A DNA stretch of 62,720 nucleotides from Patescibacteria group bacterium (GCA_041656935.1 JBBACQ010000006.1:1-62720); one strand, 5' to 3'. Shown: positions 45,351 through 55,503, counted from the stretch's first letter. Notes: generated from the sequence alone by a model not told the origin. Made by a program: numbers and translations.

Positions 45351-48131
45351 TTACGTCCCACAACATTTCTTAAATTTTTTACCACTACCACACGGGCACA
45401 AATCATTTCGCCCAACCTTATTTCCGGCATCATCTTTAACCTTGTCTCGAGCCATATCAATAGTACCAGAATTATTTTCCGCTCCACCATCAGCCCCCTT
45501 CATTCTCCTAGCCATCTCTTTTAAAGGAGCCGAATATCTTTTAGCTCGCTCAATAATACTAGGGGCAATAAAATTAGAAACGTCCCCCGTTTTATAAATC
45601 GAATAAACCACCTGTCTTTGTATCAAGCCTAATAAATCTTGATACATGTGATAAGCTTCTTTTTTATATTCCACTAACGGATCTCTCTGCCCATAACCTC
45701 GTAAACCGATACCTCGTCTTAAATAATCAATCGTTTCTAAATGTTCTATCCATAAATTATCTATGGACCGGATTAAAATACCCTTTTCAATTTCAATAAA
45801 ATTAATATCTATACCAACAAAGCCTTCCCGCATGGCTTGATAATTTTTTTGAGCCAATGATTTCAAATAATTTAATAATTCATTTCTAAAATCATCTTTA
45901 TTACCACCAGAAAGAGTAATGTTTAAAATTTTATTTTTCTCTTCCTCATTTAGATTAAAAATGGTTTTCATCGTCTCATAAATCTCCTTTAAATTCCAAT
46001 CGGCAATATTTTCCACAGCGGTATGAAAATTTACTACTTGAAAAATTTCACTCTCAACATATTCAGAAACAATATCTGACAAAGATTTTCCCTCAACCGA
46101 AATTCCATCTTTTTGTTTTTTATAAATATCTAAAATCTCGCGTCGTTTTTTGTAAATCGCCTCCCGATGTTTATTAATCACATCATCATATTCAACTACA
46201 TGTTTACGCAAATCAAAATTATTTCCTTCGACTCTTCTCTGGGCTGATTCAATAGAATTAGAAACAACCTTATTTTGAATTGGCATATCTTCCGGCAACT
46301 TTAACATCCCCATAATGTTTTTCAAACGATCACCACCAAAAATTCGCATTAAATCGTCATCGGCCGAAATATAAAATTGGGAAGATCCGGGATCACCTTG
46401 ACGACCAGCTCGTCCTCTCAACTGATTATCAATACGACGAGATTCATGTCTTTCTGTTCCAATCACGTGCAAACCACCTAATTCTTTCACCTTTTCTTGT
46501 TCTTCTTTAATGGCTGGACTTCCGCCTAAAATAATATCAACTCCACGACCAGCCATATTAGTAGCAACTGTAATTGAACCTAAACGACCAGCTTGAGCAA
46601 TAATTTCCGCTTCTCTAAAATGGTTTTTGGCATTTAAAATATTAGGATGAAGACCTTCTCGCTCCATCATATCTCCTAATAATTCATTATCTTCAATAGA
46701 AACCGTACCAATCAAAATTGGCTGTCCCTTAGCATTCCTTTCCTTAACTTCTCGAATAACGGCAATAAATTTACCCTCCGTAGTTTTATAAATCAAATCA
46801 TTAAAATCTTTTCTAACATTGGGTTTGTTAGTAGGAATAACAACTGTTTCCAATTTATATATTTTATAAAATTCCTCGGCTTCGGTCACCGCTGTTCCAG
46901 TCATACCAGCTAATTTAGGATACATTCTAAAATAGTTTTGAAAAGTAACCGTGGCTAAAGTCTGAGACTCGCGTTGAACCATTACTCCTTCTTTAGCCTC
47001 AATCGCTTGATGCAATCCCTCACTGTATCTTCGACCGGGCATTAAACGTCCAGTAAATTCATCGACGATAATAATTTCACCTTCCTTAACAACATAATCC
47101 TTATCTTTTTTAAATAAGACATTAGCCTTAAGAGCTTGTTCAATATTGTGAACATCTTTAACGCCCCCAGCTACATAAATATTTTCTACCCCTAACCATT
47201 TTTCCATTTTAGATATTCCGGCCTCTGATAAAGTAGCGGCGCGCATTTTTTCATCAATATTATAATCTTCATTTTCTTTTAATTGACGAACCAATTGTGA
47301 AAACCGAGCATAACGATCGCTCGACTCTTCGGCGGGAGCGCTGATAATAAGCGGAGTTCGAGCTTCGTCAATTAATATTGAATCCACCTCATCTACAATG
47401 GAATAATAAAAATCACGTTGAGCCATTTGTGTTAAATCAGACACCATATTATCGCGTAGATAATCAAAACCAAATTCATTATTAGTACCATAAGTAATAT
47501 CACAATCGTAAGCTTCTTTGCGACTAACCTGTCTAAAAGGTTTCAAACGAGGGTCATATTCCTCTTCATTGCTAACACTGGGATCATAAATAAAGGCTGT
47601 ATTATGAACAATAACGCCAGTAGAGAGGCCTAAGGCGTGATAAACTGGAGCCATCCAACCAGCACCAACCCGAGACAAATAATCATTAACCGTAACCAAA
47701 TGAACTCCTTTCTTTAAAAGAGCATTTAAATATAATGGCAAAGTTGCTACTAAAGTTTTACCCTCACCAGTTTTCATTTCCGCAATTTGACCTCGATGTA
47801 AAACAATTCCTCCAATAAGTTGAACATCATAATGTCGTTGACCTAAAACTCGATGAGAGGCCTCACGAATATTAGCAAAAGCTTCTGGTAAAATTTCATT
47901 TAACTTATCTTGCTGTTCGGAAAAACTATATTCCTTCTCCTCCCCTGCTAAAGACCCTAACCTTTTTTGAAATTCTAAAGTCATCAAGCGTAATTCTTCG
48001 TCACTCTTTTTTTTATAATCCTCCTCTAAAGAATTTATTTTATCAATTATTGGTTTAATTGATTTTATAATCTTTAAATTGGGGTCACCTAATATTTTAT
48101 TCCAAAAACTCATATTTTTATTCTTAGACAT
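45351..48131 (-). CDS. secA: Preprotein translocase ATPase SecA
   Basis: EMKTGEGKT, TNNEFGFDYLRDNM, DEVDSILIDEARTPLIIS, ATNMAGRG.DI, RRIDNQLRGRAGRQGDPG, SEC-C GRND.CPCGSGKK.KKCC. Confidence 0.99.
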   Translation of the reverse strand: MSKNKNMSFWNKILGDPNLKIIKSIKPIIDKINSLEEDYKKKSDEELRLMTLEFQKRLGSLAGEEKEYSFSEQQDKLNEILPEAFANIREASHRVLGQRHYDVQLIGGIVLHRGQIAEMKTGEGKTLVATLPLYLNALLKKGVHLVTVNDYLSRVGAGWMAPVYHALGLSTGVIVHNTAFIYDPSVSNEEEYDPRLKPFRQVSRKEAYDCDITYGTNNEFGFDYLRDNMVSDLTQMAQRDFYYSIVDEVDSILIDEARTPLIISAPAEESSDRYARFSQLVRQLKENEDYNIDEKMRAATLSEAGISKMEKWLGVENIYVAGGVKDVHNIEQALKANVLFKKDKDYVVKEGEIIIVDEFTGRLMPGRRYSEGLHQAIEAKEGVMVQRESQTLATVTFQNYFRMYPKLAGMTGTAVTEAEEFYKIYKLETVVIPTNKPNVRKDFNDLIYKTTEGKFIAVIREVKERNAKGQPILIGTVSIEDNELLGDMMEREGLHPNILNAKNHFREAEIIAQAGRLGSITVATNMAGRGVDIILGGSPAIKEEQEKVKELGGLHVIGTERHESRRIDNQLRGRAGRQGDPGSSQFYISADDDLMRIFGGDRLKNIMGMLKLPEDMPIQNKVVSNSIESAQRRVEGNNFDLRKHVVEYDDVINKHREAIYKKRREILDIYKKQKDGISVEGKSLSDIVSEYVESEIFQVVNFHTAVENIADWNLKEIYETMKTIFNLNEEEKNKILNITLSGGNKDDFRNELLNYLKSLAQKNYQAMREGFVGIDINFIEIEKGILIRSIDNLWIEHLETIDYLRRGIGLRGYGQRDPLVEYKKEAYHMYQDLLGLIQRQVVYSIYKTGDVSNFIAPSIIERAKRYSAPLKEMARRMKGADGGAENNSGTIDMARDKVKDDAGNKVGRNDLCPCGSGKKFKKCCGT

Positions 48132-48137
48132 CTTACA

Positions 48138-48464
48138 TTATATTTTCCCTCTTTTTTTGTCAACCTTTTTTTCTTTATATTTTTTTATCATTAAAACCAA
48201 ATGATCTTTAACTTTATCAATGGCTTTATTTAAAGTCTTTTCAGTTTTATCAACTCGCAAAATTTCACCAGGAACAAATAAATTAGCCTCCACTCGATAA
48301 GTTTTACCATTATTTTGTTTAGAAATAGCATGCTCTAATTCAATGTCACAATTAATCACGGCGACCTCGCCTAAATATTTATCTAACATTTCTATCTTTT
48401 TTTGGACATACTTTTTAAGCTCTGGGGTTAAATCAACTTTAGTAGTTTTTATTTTTATATTCAT
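48138..48464 (-). CDS. hpf: Ribosome hibernation promoting factor (HPF/RaiA)
   Basis: LT..L..YV..K...L.KY, VE.NL..PG, AID.V.D.L. Confidence 0.9.
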   Translation of the reverse strand: MNIKIKTTKVDLTPELKKYVQKKIEMLDKYLGEVAVINCDIELEHAISKQNNGKTYRVEANLFVPGEILRVDKTEKTLNKAIDKVKDHLVLMIKKYKEKKVDKKRGKI

Positions 48465-48502
48465 ATTTTTAGATTTAATTTTTATTTAAATAAATATCTT
48501 AA

Positions 48503-49636
48503 TTAATTAAAAAACTTTAGAATATCTTTAAAGGTTACCCAAATCACCAAAGCAATCAACAAGATAAACCCAAGATTATGGAAAACGTTCTCTATCTCTT
48601 TCTTAACTGGCCGGCCTTTAATTTTCTCAATCAACAAGAAAACTAAGCGCCCTCCATCTAAAGCTGGAAAAGGTAGAAAATTAATTATTGCCAAATTTAA
48701 AGATAATAAGGCGGTAAATTGCAATAAATAAATAATTCCCATTCTGGCCATCTGACCAGTTAAATCGGCGATACCAACCGGACCAGCCAACTCAACATTA
48801 ACCGGCTGACTAATAATTAGATTTCTAATAATTTCATAAAAAGCATAAATAATCGCCCATAATAGATAACCAGTCATTTTTACTCCTTGCCACAAAGCAC
48901 TATACCAAGGATATTTTATAACTGCAGTTTGAGAAATTCCAACCCCGATAATTCTTCTGCCTAGCTCTTCGGAAAACTGAAGCTCTATCTCAAAGTCCTT
49001 AATATCATTAAAACGATTAATTTTCATCATTACTTTATCCTCACTCTTATCAATGAAATCAAAAACATCATCTTCGGTTTTTACTTCTAACCCATTAATT
49101 TCCAAAATAGAATCAGATGGTTTTAATCCCGCCAATTGAGCTGGTGAATCGGGTACGACTTGAATAATTTGTACTTTTTCTTCACTTACTTTTATATTTT
49201 TAGGTAAATTATCTTTATCAATTGCCTGAGGAAATCCAATCATTAAACCAATAGAAATTAAAATTGTGGCCAAAACAATATTCATAAAAACTCCAGCCGA
49301 CAAAATTATAGCTCTCCGCCAAGGTCGCTTAGCCGAAAAACTATTTCTACTATGACGCCCTTCTCCGTTTTCTCCTTTAATCTTAACAAAACCACCTAAA
49401 GGAATAGCATTAATAGAATAAAGAGTCCCTCGACTTTTCCTAACTTTTTTATTTCCCCAAACTATTCTCCACTTTCCTCTTCTGTTCCGATGAATTCCAA
49501 AAACTCTAGGTGGAAAACCAAAACCAAACTCTTCAGCCTTAACGCCTAAACGACGAGCTGCGAAGAAATGACCAAATTCATGGACAAATACTAGCAGGGA
49601 TAAAACGATAAGAAAAGTTATTATTGTTACAAACAT
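48503..49636 (-). CDS. rseP: RIP metalloprotease RseP (M50 + PDZ)
   Basis: HEFGH, PLGGFVKI.GE, PDZ (SPA..AGLK..D.I..ING), GPVGI, NLA..N.LP.PALDGG. Confidence 0.95.
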   Translation of the reverse strand: MFVTIITFLIVLSLLVFVHEFGHFFAARRLGVKAEEFGFGFPPRVFGIHRNRRGKWRIVWGNKKVRKSRGTLYSINAIPLGGFVKIKGENGEGRHSRNSFSAKRPWRRAIILSAGVFMNIVLATILISIGLMIGFPQAIDKDNLPKNIKVSEEKVQIIQVVPDSPAQLAGLKPSDSILEINGLEVKTEDDVFDFIDKSEDKVMMKINRFNDIKDFEIELQFSEELGRRIIGVGISQTAVIKYPWYSALWQGVKMTGYLLWAIIYAFYEIIRNLIISQPVNVELAGPVGIADLTGQMARMGIIYLLQFTALLSLNLAIINFLPFPALDGGRLVFLLIEKIKGRPVKKEIENVFHNLGFILLIALVIWVTFKDILKFFN

Positions 49637-49737
49637 ATATTATTATTTAAGATATTTAAATTATTAAAGATATTTAAGAAATTTAGACTATCAAGAGATT
49701 TGGGATAAAATTTTTTTTACTTTCTTTTTTTTATCTT

Positions 49738-49877
49738 GCCAGCTTTATAAAATTTAGGAGAAAACATTTACGTAAAAAATGTGTAAAATTTAATTGTTTG
49801 AGGATAAATGTAATTTATCCGAGTTTTAAATTTTACTAGTTTTTATAGTAAATGTTCCTAAATTTTATGTTGCTGGC
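49738..49877 (+). ncRNA. Candidate rod-shaped structured RNA (6S RNA-like)
   Basis: Five nested helices totalling 46 Watson-Crick pairs over 140 nt around an 11x11-nt central internal loop; GU pairs favour the + strand; T-tract at 49880-49885. Confidence 0.45.
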
Positions 49878-49887
49878 GATTTTTTGC

Positions 49888-49912
49888 TCCACTTTTTTCT
49901 AAAAAAAGTGGA
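49888..49912. terminator. Hairpin terminator downstream of frr (possibly bidirectional)
   Basis: TCCACTTTTT / AAAAAGTGGA inverted repeat, 8 nt beyond the frr stop. Confidence 0.65.
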
Positions 49913-49920
49913 ATAATTGT

Positions 49921-50475
49921 TTATATTTCCATTACTTCTTTCTCTTTTTTATCTCGGATATCTTTAATAGCATCATTAATTTTTCCAATTTCTTCATCTA
50001 ATTCTTTTATAAAACGAAACTTATCATCTTCACCAATTTCTTTATTAGAAAAAGACTCTTCAATCGCTGTTTTAATTTCATCTCTAATTTGACGAGCTGA
50101 GACTTTAGCTTTTTCTTGTTTTTCATTTACTTTTTTTACTGACTCTAAACGATTTTCTTCTGTCATCTGAGGAATATTTATCCTTATTTTATCACCTTCA
50201 TTAACCACTCCAACACCTAAATTAGCCTCAATTATGGCTTTTTCGATGTTTTTAGAGACGCTTTTATCCCAAGGAGCTAAAATCATGCTCCGAGAATCAC
50301 TAACCGAAATATTAGCTACCGTATTGATAGGATTTTTGACTCCATAAGCTTCGACAAAAATACCATCCAAAATTGAAGGGTTGGCTCGACCAACCTTAAC
50401 ATTGGAAACGTCTTTTTTGAAAAACTCAATAACACCATCTAATTCTCCTTTTTTGCTTTGAATGTGAGTATTCAT
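49921..50475 (-). CDS. frr: Ribosome recycling factor
   Basis: GRANPS.LD, I..PWDK, IRI..P..TEE.R, R..R, F...LD. Confidence 0.96.
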   Translation of the reverse strand: MNTHIQSKKGELDGVIEFFKKDVSNVKVGRANPSILDGIFVEAYGVKNPINTVANISVSDSRSMILAPWDKSVSKNIEKAIIEANLGVGVVNEGDKIRINIPQMTEENRLESVKKVNEKQEKAKVSARQIRDEIKTAIEESFSNKEIGEDDKFRFIKELDEEIGKINDAIKDIRDKKEKEVMEI

Positions 50476-50512
50476 AAATATTATTATTAATTATTATAAA
50501 TAAAAATTAAAA

Positions 50513-51619
50513 TTATTTCTTAATCTTTTTTACTCCTAAATAGAGAATATTAGGATTATTAAAATCAATGGCTAAGAAACTGCCAGATCTAGTCGTTGGT
50601 AATTTTTTCACCGTCCAATTAACTCCCCCGTCATAAGAACGATAGAAAGCTGTATCGGTAACATAAAAAATTTCCTTTCCATTTTGTGGATTAATAGCGA
50701 TAGCATTAATAAACGAATCTTTCTCGGGAGTTAATAATGATAATCTAGACCAACTCTGTCCTTCATCACTAGAACGTAAAATAACTTTATCCGTAGCTAA
50801 GAACCACGAATTATCTTCAGGAGAATAAATTAAATCTTTGAAATTTATTCCTAAACCAAATTCTTTCAATTCGTTTCCATAGTCGGTCCAATTATTATTA
50901 TCAAATTGATTGCGATATTGTTCTAATTCTTCTAAGCTTGCTCCACCGGCTGAATTGAAACGATAAATTCCATTTTTAACTGTAGCTATAAAGACCGAAC
51001 GACTATCTTTTTGACTTACTATTATTTTTTTAGCCCCATCATTCAATCTCTGAATTGCCTTCCAGCTAACTCCATAATCTAAACTACGTAAAATATCTCC
51101 TCGAGAAGTTCCTAAATAAACAATATTAGAATTATAGTGATCAACAGCGACGGCTGAAACTAGAACGGTGGCATTATTGTCATAATAGGTTTGAACGAAA
51201 GTTCTACCACAATCTTCACTTTTATAAAGTTTATTCTCTAAGGCCACAAATAAATTACACTTATCCTTACTATCAATTGCGATGTCATTAACCGTTGCGC
51301 TAGCCGGTAGAGCTAATACTTTATTCCAACCTCGTCCGATATTATAAGTAAAATAAAGTCCATCACTTAATGTCGCTAAATATACAGCCCCACTATCGCT
51401 AGGGTCAATGACCATTTTTTCGACATCAACTACGGCAATACTACCCGGAACGCCAGAAATTGTTGGGATAAAAGGCATTTGTCGCCAAACATCCCCTTTA
51501 TTATTAGAAACAAAAACTCCACCATCAGAACCTCCTCCACCCTTGGTATTAACGTTTAGAGAACAGGCTGATAATAATAACAAAGCTAAAAAAATAGAGA
51601 TAATTTTAAATTTTTTCAT
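50513..51619 (-). CDS. Beta-propeller (BNR/VPS10/Ycf48-like) lipoprotein
   Basis: Lipobox LSAC after a short signal peptide; repeated Asp-box S.D.G..W motifs (SEDCGRTF, SLDYGVSW, SSDEGQSW, SYDGGVNW). Confidence 0.8.
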   Translation of the reverse strand: MKKFKIISIFLALLLLSACSLNVNTKGGGGSDGGVFVSNNKGDVWRQMPFIPTISGVPGSIAVVDVEKMVIDPSDSGAVYLATLSDGLYFTYNIGRGWNKVLALPASATVNDIAIDSKDKCNLFVALENKLYKSEDCGRTFVQTYYDNNATVLVSAVAVDHYNSNIVYLGTSRGDILRSLDYGVSWKAIQRLNDGAKKIIVSQKDSRSVFIATVKNGIYRFNSAGGASLEELEQYRNQFDNNNWTDYGNELKEFGLGINFKDLIYSPEDNSWFLATDKVILRSSDEGQSWSRLSLLTPEKDSFINAIAINPQNGKEIFYVTDTAFYRSYDGGVNWTVKKLPTTRSGSFLAIDFNNPNILYLGVKKIKK

Positions 51620-51666
51620 ATTTTTTTGTTTTTTAATTTTTATATAATAATTTATTTAATTTTTAT

Positions 51667-52635
51667 TTAAATGTTTACGGCAATATATTCCAAGGTGTTC
51701 CTAATGTTTATATTTAAAGCCAATCTTCTTAAGCCCTGATTTAAAACAATGGAATCTTCTCTTATTTTCTTTAAATCTAAATTATCATTTCTAAAAGATT
51801 CTAAATTTTCTAGGGCAAAAATATTTTTGATATAATCGTAATGACCTAAATGAATAAATATTAAATCGCGTAAAACTGATTGCCAAATAGTCAAGATTTC
51901 GGAATTAGAAAAAAATTCATTTTTCTTTATAACATTATCAATGATTTTAGTTCGATCTAAAAAATTGCTTTTTAAAAAATCTATAAAATCATAAACTATA
52001 GCCTTATAATTATTATAGAGCTCCTCATTCTCGATAAATTTTATAGCAACAGCCGGGCAACCAGAAGATATTCTGGCTAATTCTTTGGCCAAACTTGGAC
52101 CAACTTTAAATTCATCTATTAAATGCTTATAAATCAAATCAAATTTAACTGGAAACAAATTTACTATTTGAGATCGGGAAATAATAGTTTTAGGTAATTT
52201 ATCAACATCATCAACTGTTATGATGATAACGGTTTTATCATTCGTTTCTTCTAAAACTTTTAATAAGGCATTAGCTGAATTTTCGTTTAGGTTTTCTGCA
52301 TTTTTAATAATTGCTGTTCGATAGGAATTTAAAAAGGAACTGGTTTTAAATCTTTCAATTAATCCTCTAATTTGGTCAATAGAAATATCTTTTTTATCCT
52401 CTTCTCTCTCGACTACAAAAAAGTCACTGTTAGTCTCTAAAAAATTTTCTTTGGGTCTTAAATCGGGCTGATCTTGAAAGAAAATATTAGAAATAAAATT
52501 TTTGGCTAAAGTAAATTTTCCGGTTCCTGATAAACCAGAGAAAATATAAAAATTAGCAATGTTTTTGCTAGCTAAACTTTTATCTAAAAACTCAACCGCT
52601 CTATTATTACCAATAATTTTCCAATTAAAATCCAT
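51667..52635 (-). CDS. holB: DNA polymerase III delta' subunit (clamp loader)
   Basis: IIGN..A, GLSGTGK, ISIDQIR, AE.LN..SANALLK.LEE, TI.SR.Q. Confidence 0.85.
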   Translation of the reverse strand: MDFNWKIIGNNRAVEFLDKSLASKNIANFYIFSGLSGTGKFTLAKNFISNIFFQDQPDLRPKENFLETNSDFFVVEREEDKKDISIDQIRGLIERFKTSSFLNSYRTAIIKNAENLNENSANALLKVLEETNDKTVIIITVDDVDKLPKTIISRSQIVNLFPVKFDLIYKHLIDEFKVGPSLAKELARISSGCPAVAIKFIENEELYNNYKAIVYDFIDFLKSNFLDRTKIIDNVIKKNEFFSNSEILTIWQSVLRDLIFIHLGHYDYIKNIFALENLESFRNDNLDLKKIREDSIVLNQGLRRLALNINIRNTLEYIAVNI

Positions 52636-52896
52636 AGATATTTTAGCTTAAAGAAAAGATAAAAAAGCGGAAGTTTTCCACTAATAAACAATACTTATAA
52701 TAACAAATTTAAATAATAAATACAAATCTAAAATATGGGGTTAAAATGGTCTTTTTCGGCACTAAAATTAGAGGGATTAATATAAAGGAAAGTTACCAGC
52801 AACTACAATTAATTAATCCAAGTGCAGAAAATAAAGACTTTCTATTTTTTTTCTAATATGCTATACTATTGTCATATTAATAAATAAGTAAAAAAT

Positions 52897-54438
52897 ATGA
52901 TAACTAAAAAGCAAAAAGAGGTTTTATCCTTTATTGAAAATTATAATAAGAAAAATGGTTATTCCCCTTCTCTAGAAGAAATCAGAAAAAAGTTTAAATT
53001 ATCTTCTGTCTCCACTGCTCATTACTATGTAAAACAATTAGATAAATTGGGTTATTTAGAAAAAGAAGAAAATCATGCTAGATCAATAGCTCTATCTAGT
53101 TCTGGGGTTATTGAGGTTGAAATAATGGGCACGATAACAGCAGGAGAACCAATTGAAGCTATAGAAACAAAAGGAGAAACAATATCTATATCTGCCAAAG
53201 ATTTAGATTTAAGCACTGAACATTATGCATTAAAAGTAAAAGGCGACAGCATGATAGAGGAAGGAATATTTGATGGAGATATTGTTATAATAAAGAGACA
53301 ATCCGTTGCTGAAAACGGGCAAACAGTTGTCGCTATAATAGATGACAATACGGCAACTTTAAAAAAATTATATAGAGAGAAAAATGAATTTAGATTACAA
53401 CCAGCTAATCAAAATATGCTACCCTTTTTCAGAAAAGAGGTAGAGGTTAGGGGCGTAGTTGTAAATATAATTAGAAAATTAGATTCTGACAAACCAGAAT
53501 TTAAAACCCTTGATTTATTCGCTGGGATTGGTGGCATTAGATTGGGTTTTGAGAAAGCTGGATTTAGCACTATTTTTGCCAATGACTTTGATAAAAGTTG
53601 TAAAAACACTTATGATTTAAATTTTAAAACCTCTAAACTAATAGTAGAGGATATTAGAAAAATAGGAATAGAAGATCTCCCTGATTTCGACTTTTTACTA
53701 GCAGGATTCCCTTGCCAATCTTTTTCAATAGCCGGGTACAGAAAAGGTTTTGAGGATAAAGATAGGGGTAATTTATTTTTTGATATTGCTAGAATAATAA
53801 AAGCAAAAAGACCAGCGGGGTTTTTATTGGAAAATGTAAAAAATCTAAAAGGTCATGATGGCGGAAAGACTTTTAAAATTATAGAGAAAACACTAATTAA
53901 TCTTGGTTATTATATAAAATCAAAAGTTTTAAATAGCATGGAATATGGAAATATTCCTCAAAATAGAGAAAGGATATATATAGTTGGATTTAAAAATAAA
54001 AAATATATAGATAATTTTGAATTTCCGAAACAAATAAAATTAAATATAAAAATCAAGGATGTTCTAGATAAAGAAGTTGATGAAAAATATTATTATAACA
54101 ACAAACCTCTGTTTAAAAAAATTAAAGATGATATTAAAGATCAAAATAAAGTTTATCAATGGAGAAGAAAATATGTTAGAGAAAATAAAAAAGGCGTATG
54201 CCCGACATTAACCGCTAACATGGGAATGGGCGGTCACAATGTTCCAATAATAAAAGATAAAAAAGGAATAAGAAAATTAACTCCTAGCGAATGTTTCAGA
54301 ATTCAAGGGTTCCCTCAAAACTATAAACTACCTAAAGAATTAGCTGACTCTGCTTTATATAAGCAAGCTGGAAACTCAGTGACAGTTACCGTAATTGAGA
54401 ACATTGCAAAGGAGATAAAAAAAGCTATCGAAAAATAA
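52897..54438 (+). CDS. lexA: LexA repressor fused to a C5-cytosine DNA methyltransferase (M.Bsp6I-like)
   Basis: wHTH (PSLEEI, S.STAH.YV..L), Ala82-Gly83, Ser118 (GDSM), Lys156 (TLKK); then FAGIGG, GFPCQ, ENV, QNRER, YQWRRKYVREN...CPTLTANMG.GGHNVP, AGNSV. Confidence 0.92.
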   Translation: MITKKQKEVLSFIENYNKKNGYSPSLEEIRKKFKLSSVSTAHYYVKQLDKLGYLEKEENHARSIALSSSGVIEVEIMGTITAGEPIEAIETKGETISISAKDLDLSTEHYALKVKGDSMIEEGIFDGDIVIIKRQSVAENGQTVVAIIDDNTATLKKLYREKNEFRLQPANQNMLPFFRKEVEVRGVVVNIIRKLDSDKPEFKTLDLFAGIGGIRLGFEKAGFSTIFANDFDKSCKNTYDLNFKTSKLIVEDIRKIGIEDLPDFDFLLAGFPCQSFSIAGYRKGFEDKDRGNLFFDIARIIKAKRPAGFLLENVKNLKGHDGGKTFKIIEKTLINLGYYIKSKVLNSMEYGNIPQNRERIYIVGFKNKKYIDNFEFPKQIKLNIKIKDVLDKEVDEKYYYNNKPLFKKIKDDIKDQNKVYQWRRKYVRENKKGVCPTLTANMGMGGHNVPIIKDKKGIRKLTPSECFRIQGFPQNYKLPKELADSALYKQAGNSVTVTVIENIAKEIKKAIEK

Positions 54439-54441
54439 ATA

Positions 54442-55290
54442 TTACAATTTTTCAATAAATTCTTGCCAATCTTCATCGGAATTATGCATTTTTCCAACAC
54501 ACTTTACATAACGATAATCAGGATTTCCTGAAAAAATTTGTCCAGGAATTTCTGTCGCTCTTTCAAGTTCTTGATGATATGAAAATCCTGTAATCCATAT
54601 TGGAATTTCTCTCAATTCTCTTATCTTTCTAAAGCCCTCGGAAGTTTCTAAAAAGTCTTTTACATTTTTAAAAAAAGAATGTTCTCTCAATATTCTAAAT
54701 AAATGGTCCGACGGCAGTCCTACCCTAACAAAAATATAAACATCTGACTTTCTGATATCATTTTCGTATTCTATCGGTGCAATAATATTCCAACAATTTT
54801 TCCATTTACTTGATTTCACCGCAACTCCTATTTTAACAGCTCTATATTGACCATTTTCTTTTATTCCGTCGAAATCCTGAGGAGTAATATGTTCTGGATG
54901 AACTTCCATGTCTAATTTTATATCAATATTAAATTTATTTTTAAAAAATTTTTGAACTCCATGCTCTGCTAATATCCCCAAAATAAAATCATCGGCCATT
55001 TGGACCTCGCTTCTAACTCCTCTAATGCCAGTACCATGACTTGCTTTTCCGGAATATGCCATTTTTAAAGCAAACTCAAAACATTTTTCGTATTCATCAA
55101 GATTTAAATTTATAATTCGAGAATCTCTTAGTTCTTTCCATTTTTCTAACTCTAGCTTGTTAAATTTCCACCTGCCCCTTTCTTTAAATCCGGAAAATTC
55201 TTGGCCACTTTCAAAATAATTTTCAAACTCTTTTTCATTAATTGACAAAAAATCAATTGCTTCTTTTTTTGTTAAAATAATCTCTTCCAT
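54442..55290 (-). CDS. Probable type II restriction endonuclease with N-terminal excisionase-like HTH
   Basis: Convergent with the MTase (3-bp gap); N-terminal LT.KEA..FL.I...WKF..ELE.W; PD-(D/E)XK-like GILAE...PQDFD...VAVKSSK...D.YIFV. Confidence 0.65.
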   Translation of the reverse strand: MEEIILTKKEAIDFLSINEKEFENYFESGQEFSGFKERGRWKFNKLELEKWKELRDSRIINLNLDEYEKCFEFALKMAYSGKASHGTGIRGVRSEVQMADDFILGILAEHGVQKFFKNKFNIDIKLDMEVHPEHITPQDFDGIKENGQYRAVKIGVAVKSSKWKNCWNIIAPIEYENDIRKSDVYIFVRVGLPSDHLFRILREHSFFKNVKDFLETSEGFRKIRELREIPIWITGFSYHQELERATEIPGQIFSGNPDYRYVKCVGKMHNSDEDWQEFIEKL

Positions 55291-55440
55291 ATTTTATAAA
55301 ATTATTTTTTAGATCTTTTTAATTTATAAATATAACTTATCATAATTTTATCTAAAAATCAATTTTATTTTAATCTAACATAAAACAAAATATAGCCTAA
55401 ATAAGCTCTATTTTTAAATTCCTCGTGCTAGCACTATGTT

Positions 55441-55459
55441 GCTGAGGGTAAAAGATTCG
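55441..55459 (-). repeat. Duplicated tRNA-Ser 3' end (att-like)
   Basis: GCTGAGGGTAAAAGATTCG versus GCGGAGGGTAAGAGATTCG at 56639-56657: 17/19 identical, same orientation. Confidence 0.6.
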
Positions 55460-55503
55460 GCCACACGTCGCTAAGTCTCGCTTGTCTCACTTCGTTCGAC
55501 TGC

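Noticed and set aside
52840-52896. SOS box upstream of the lexA fusion
   Set aside because: Only an extended -10-like TGCTATACT (52859-52867) is evident; I could not identify a convincing palindromic operator, and the lineage-specific box is unknown to me.
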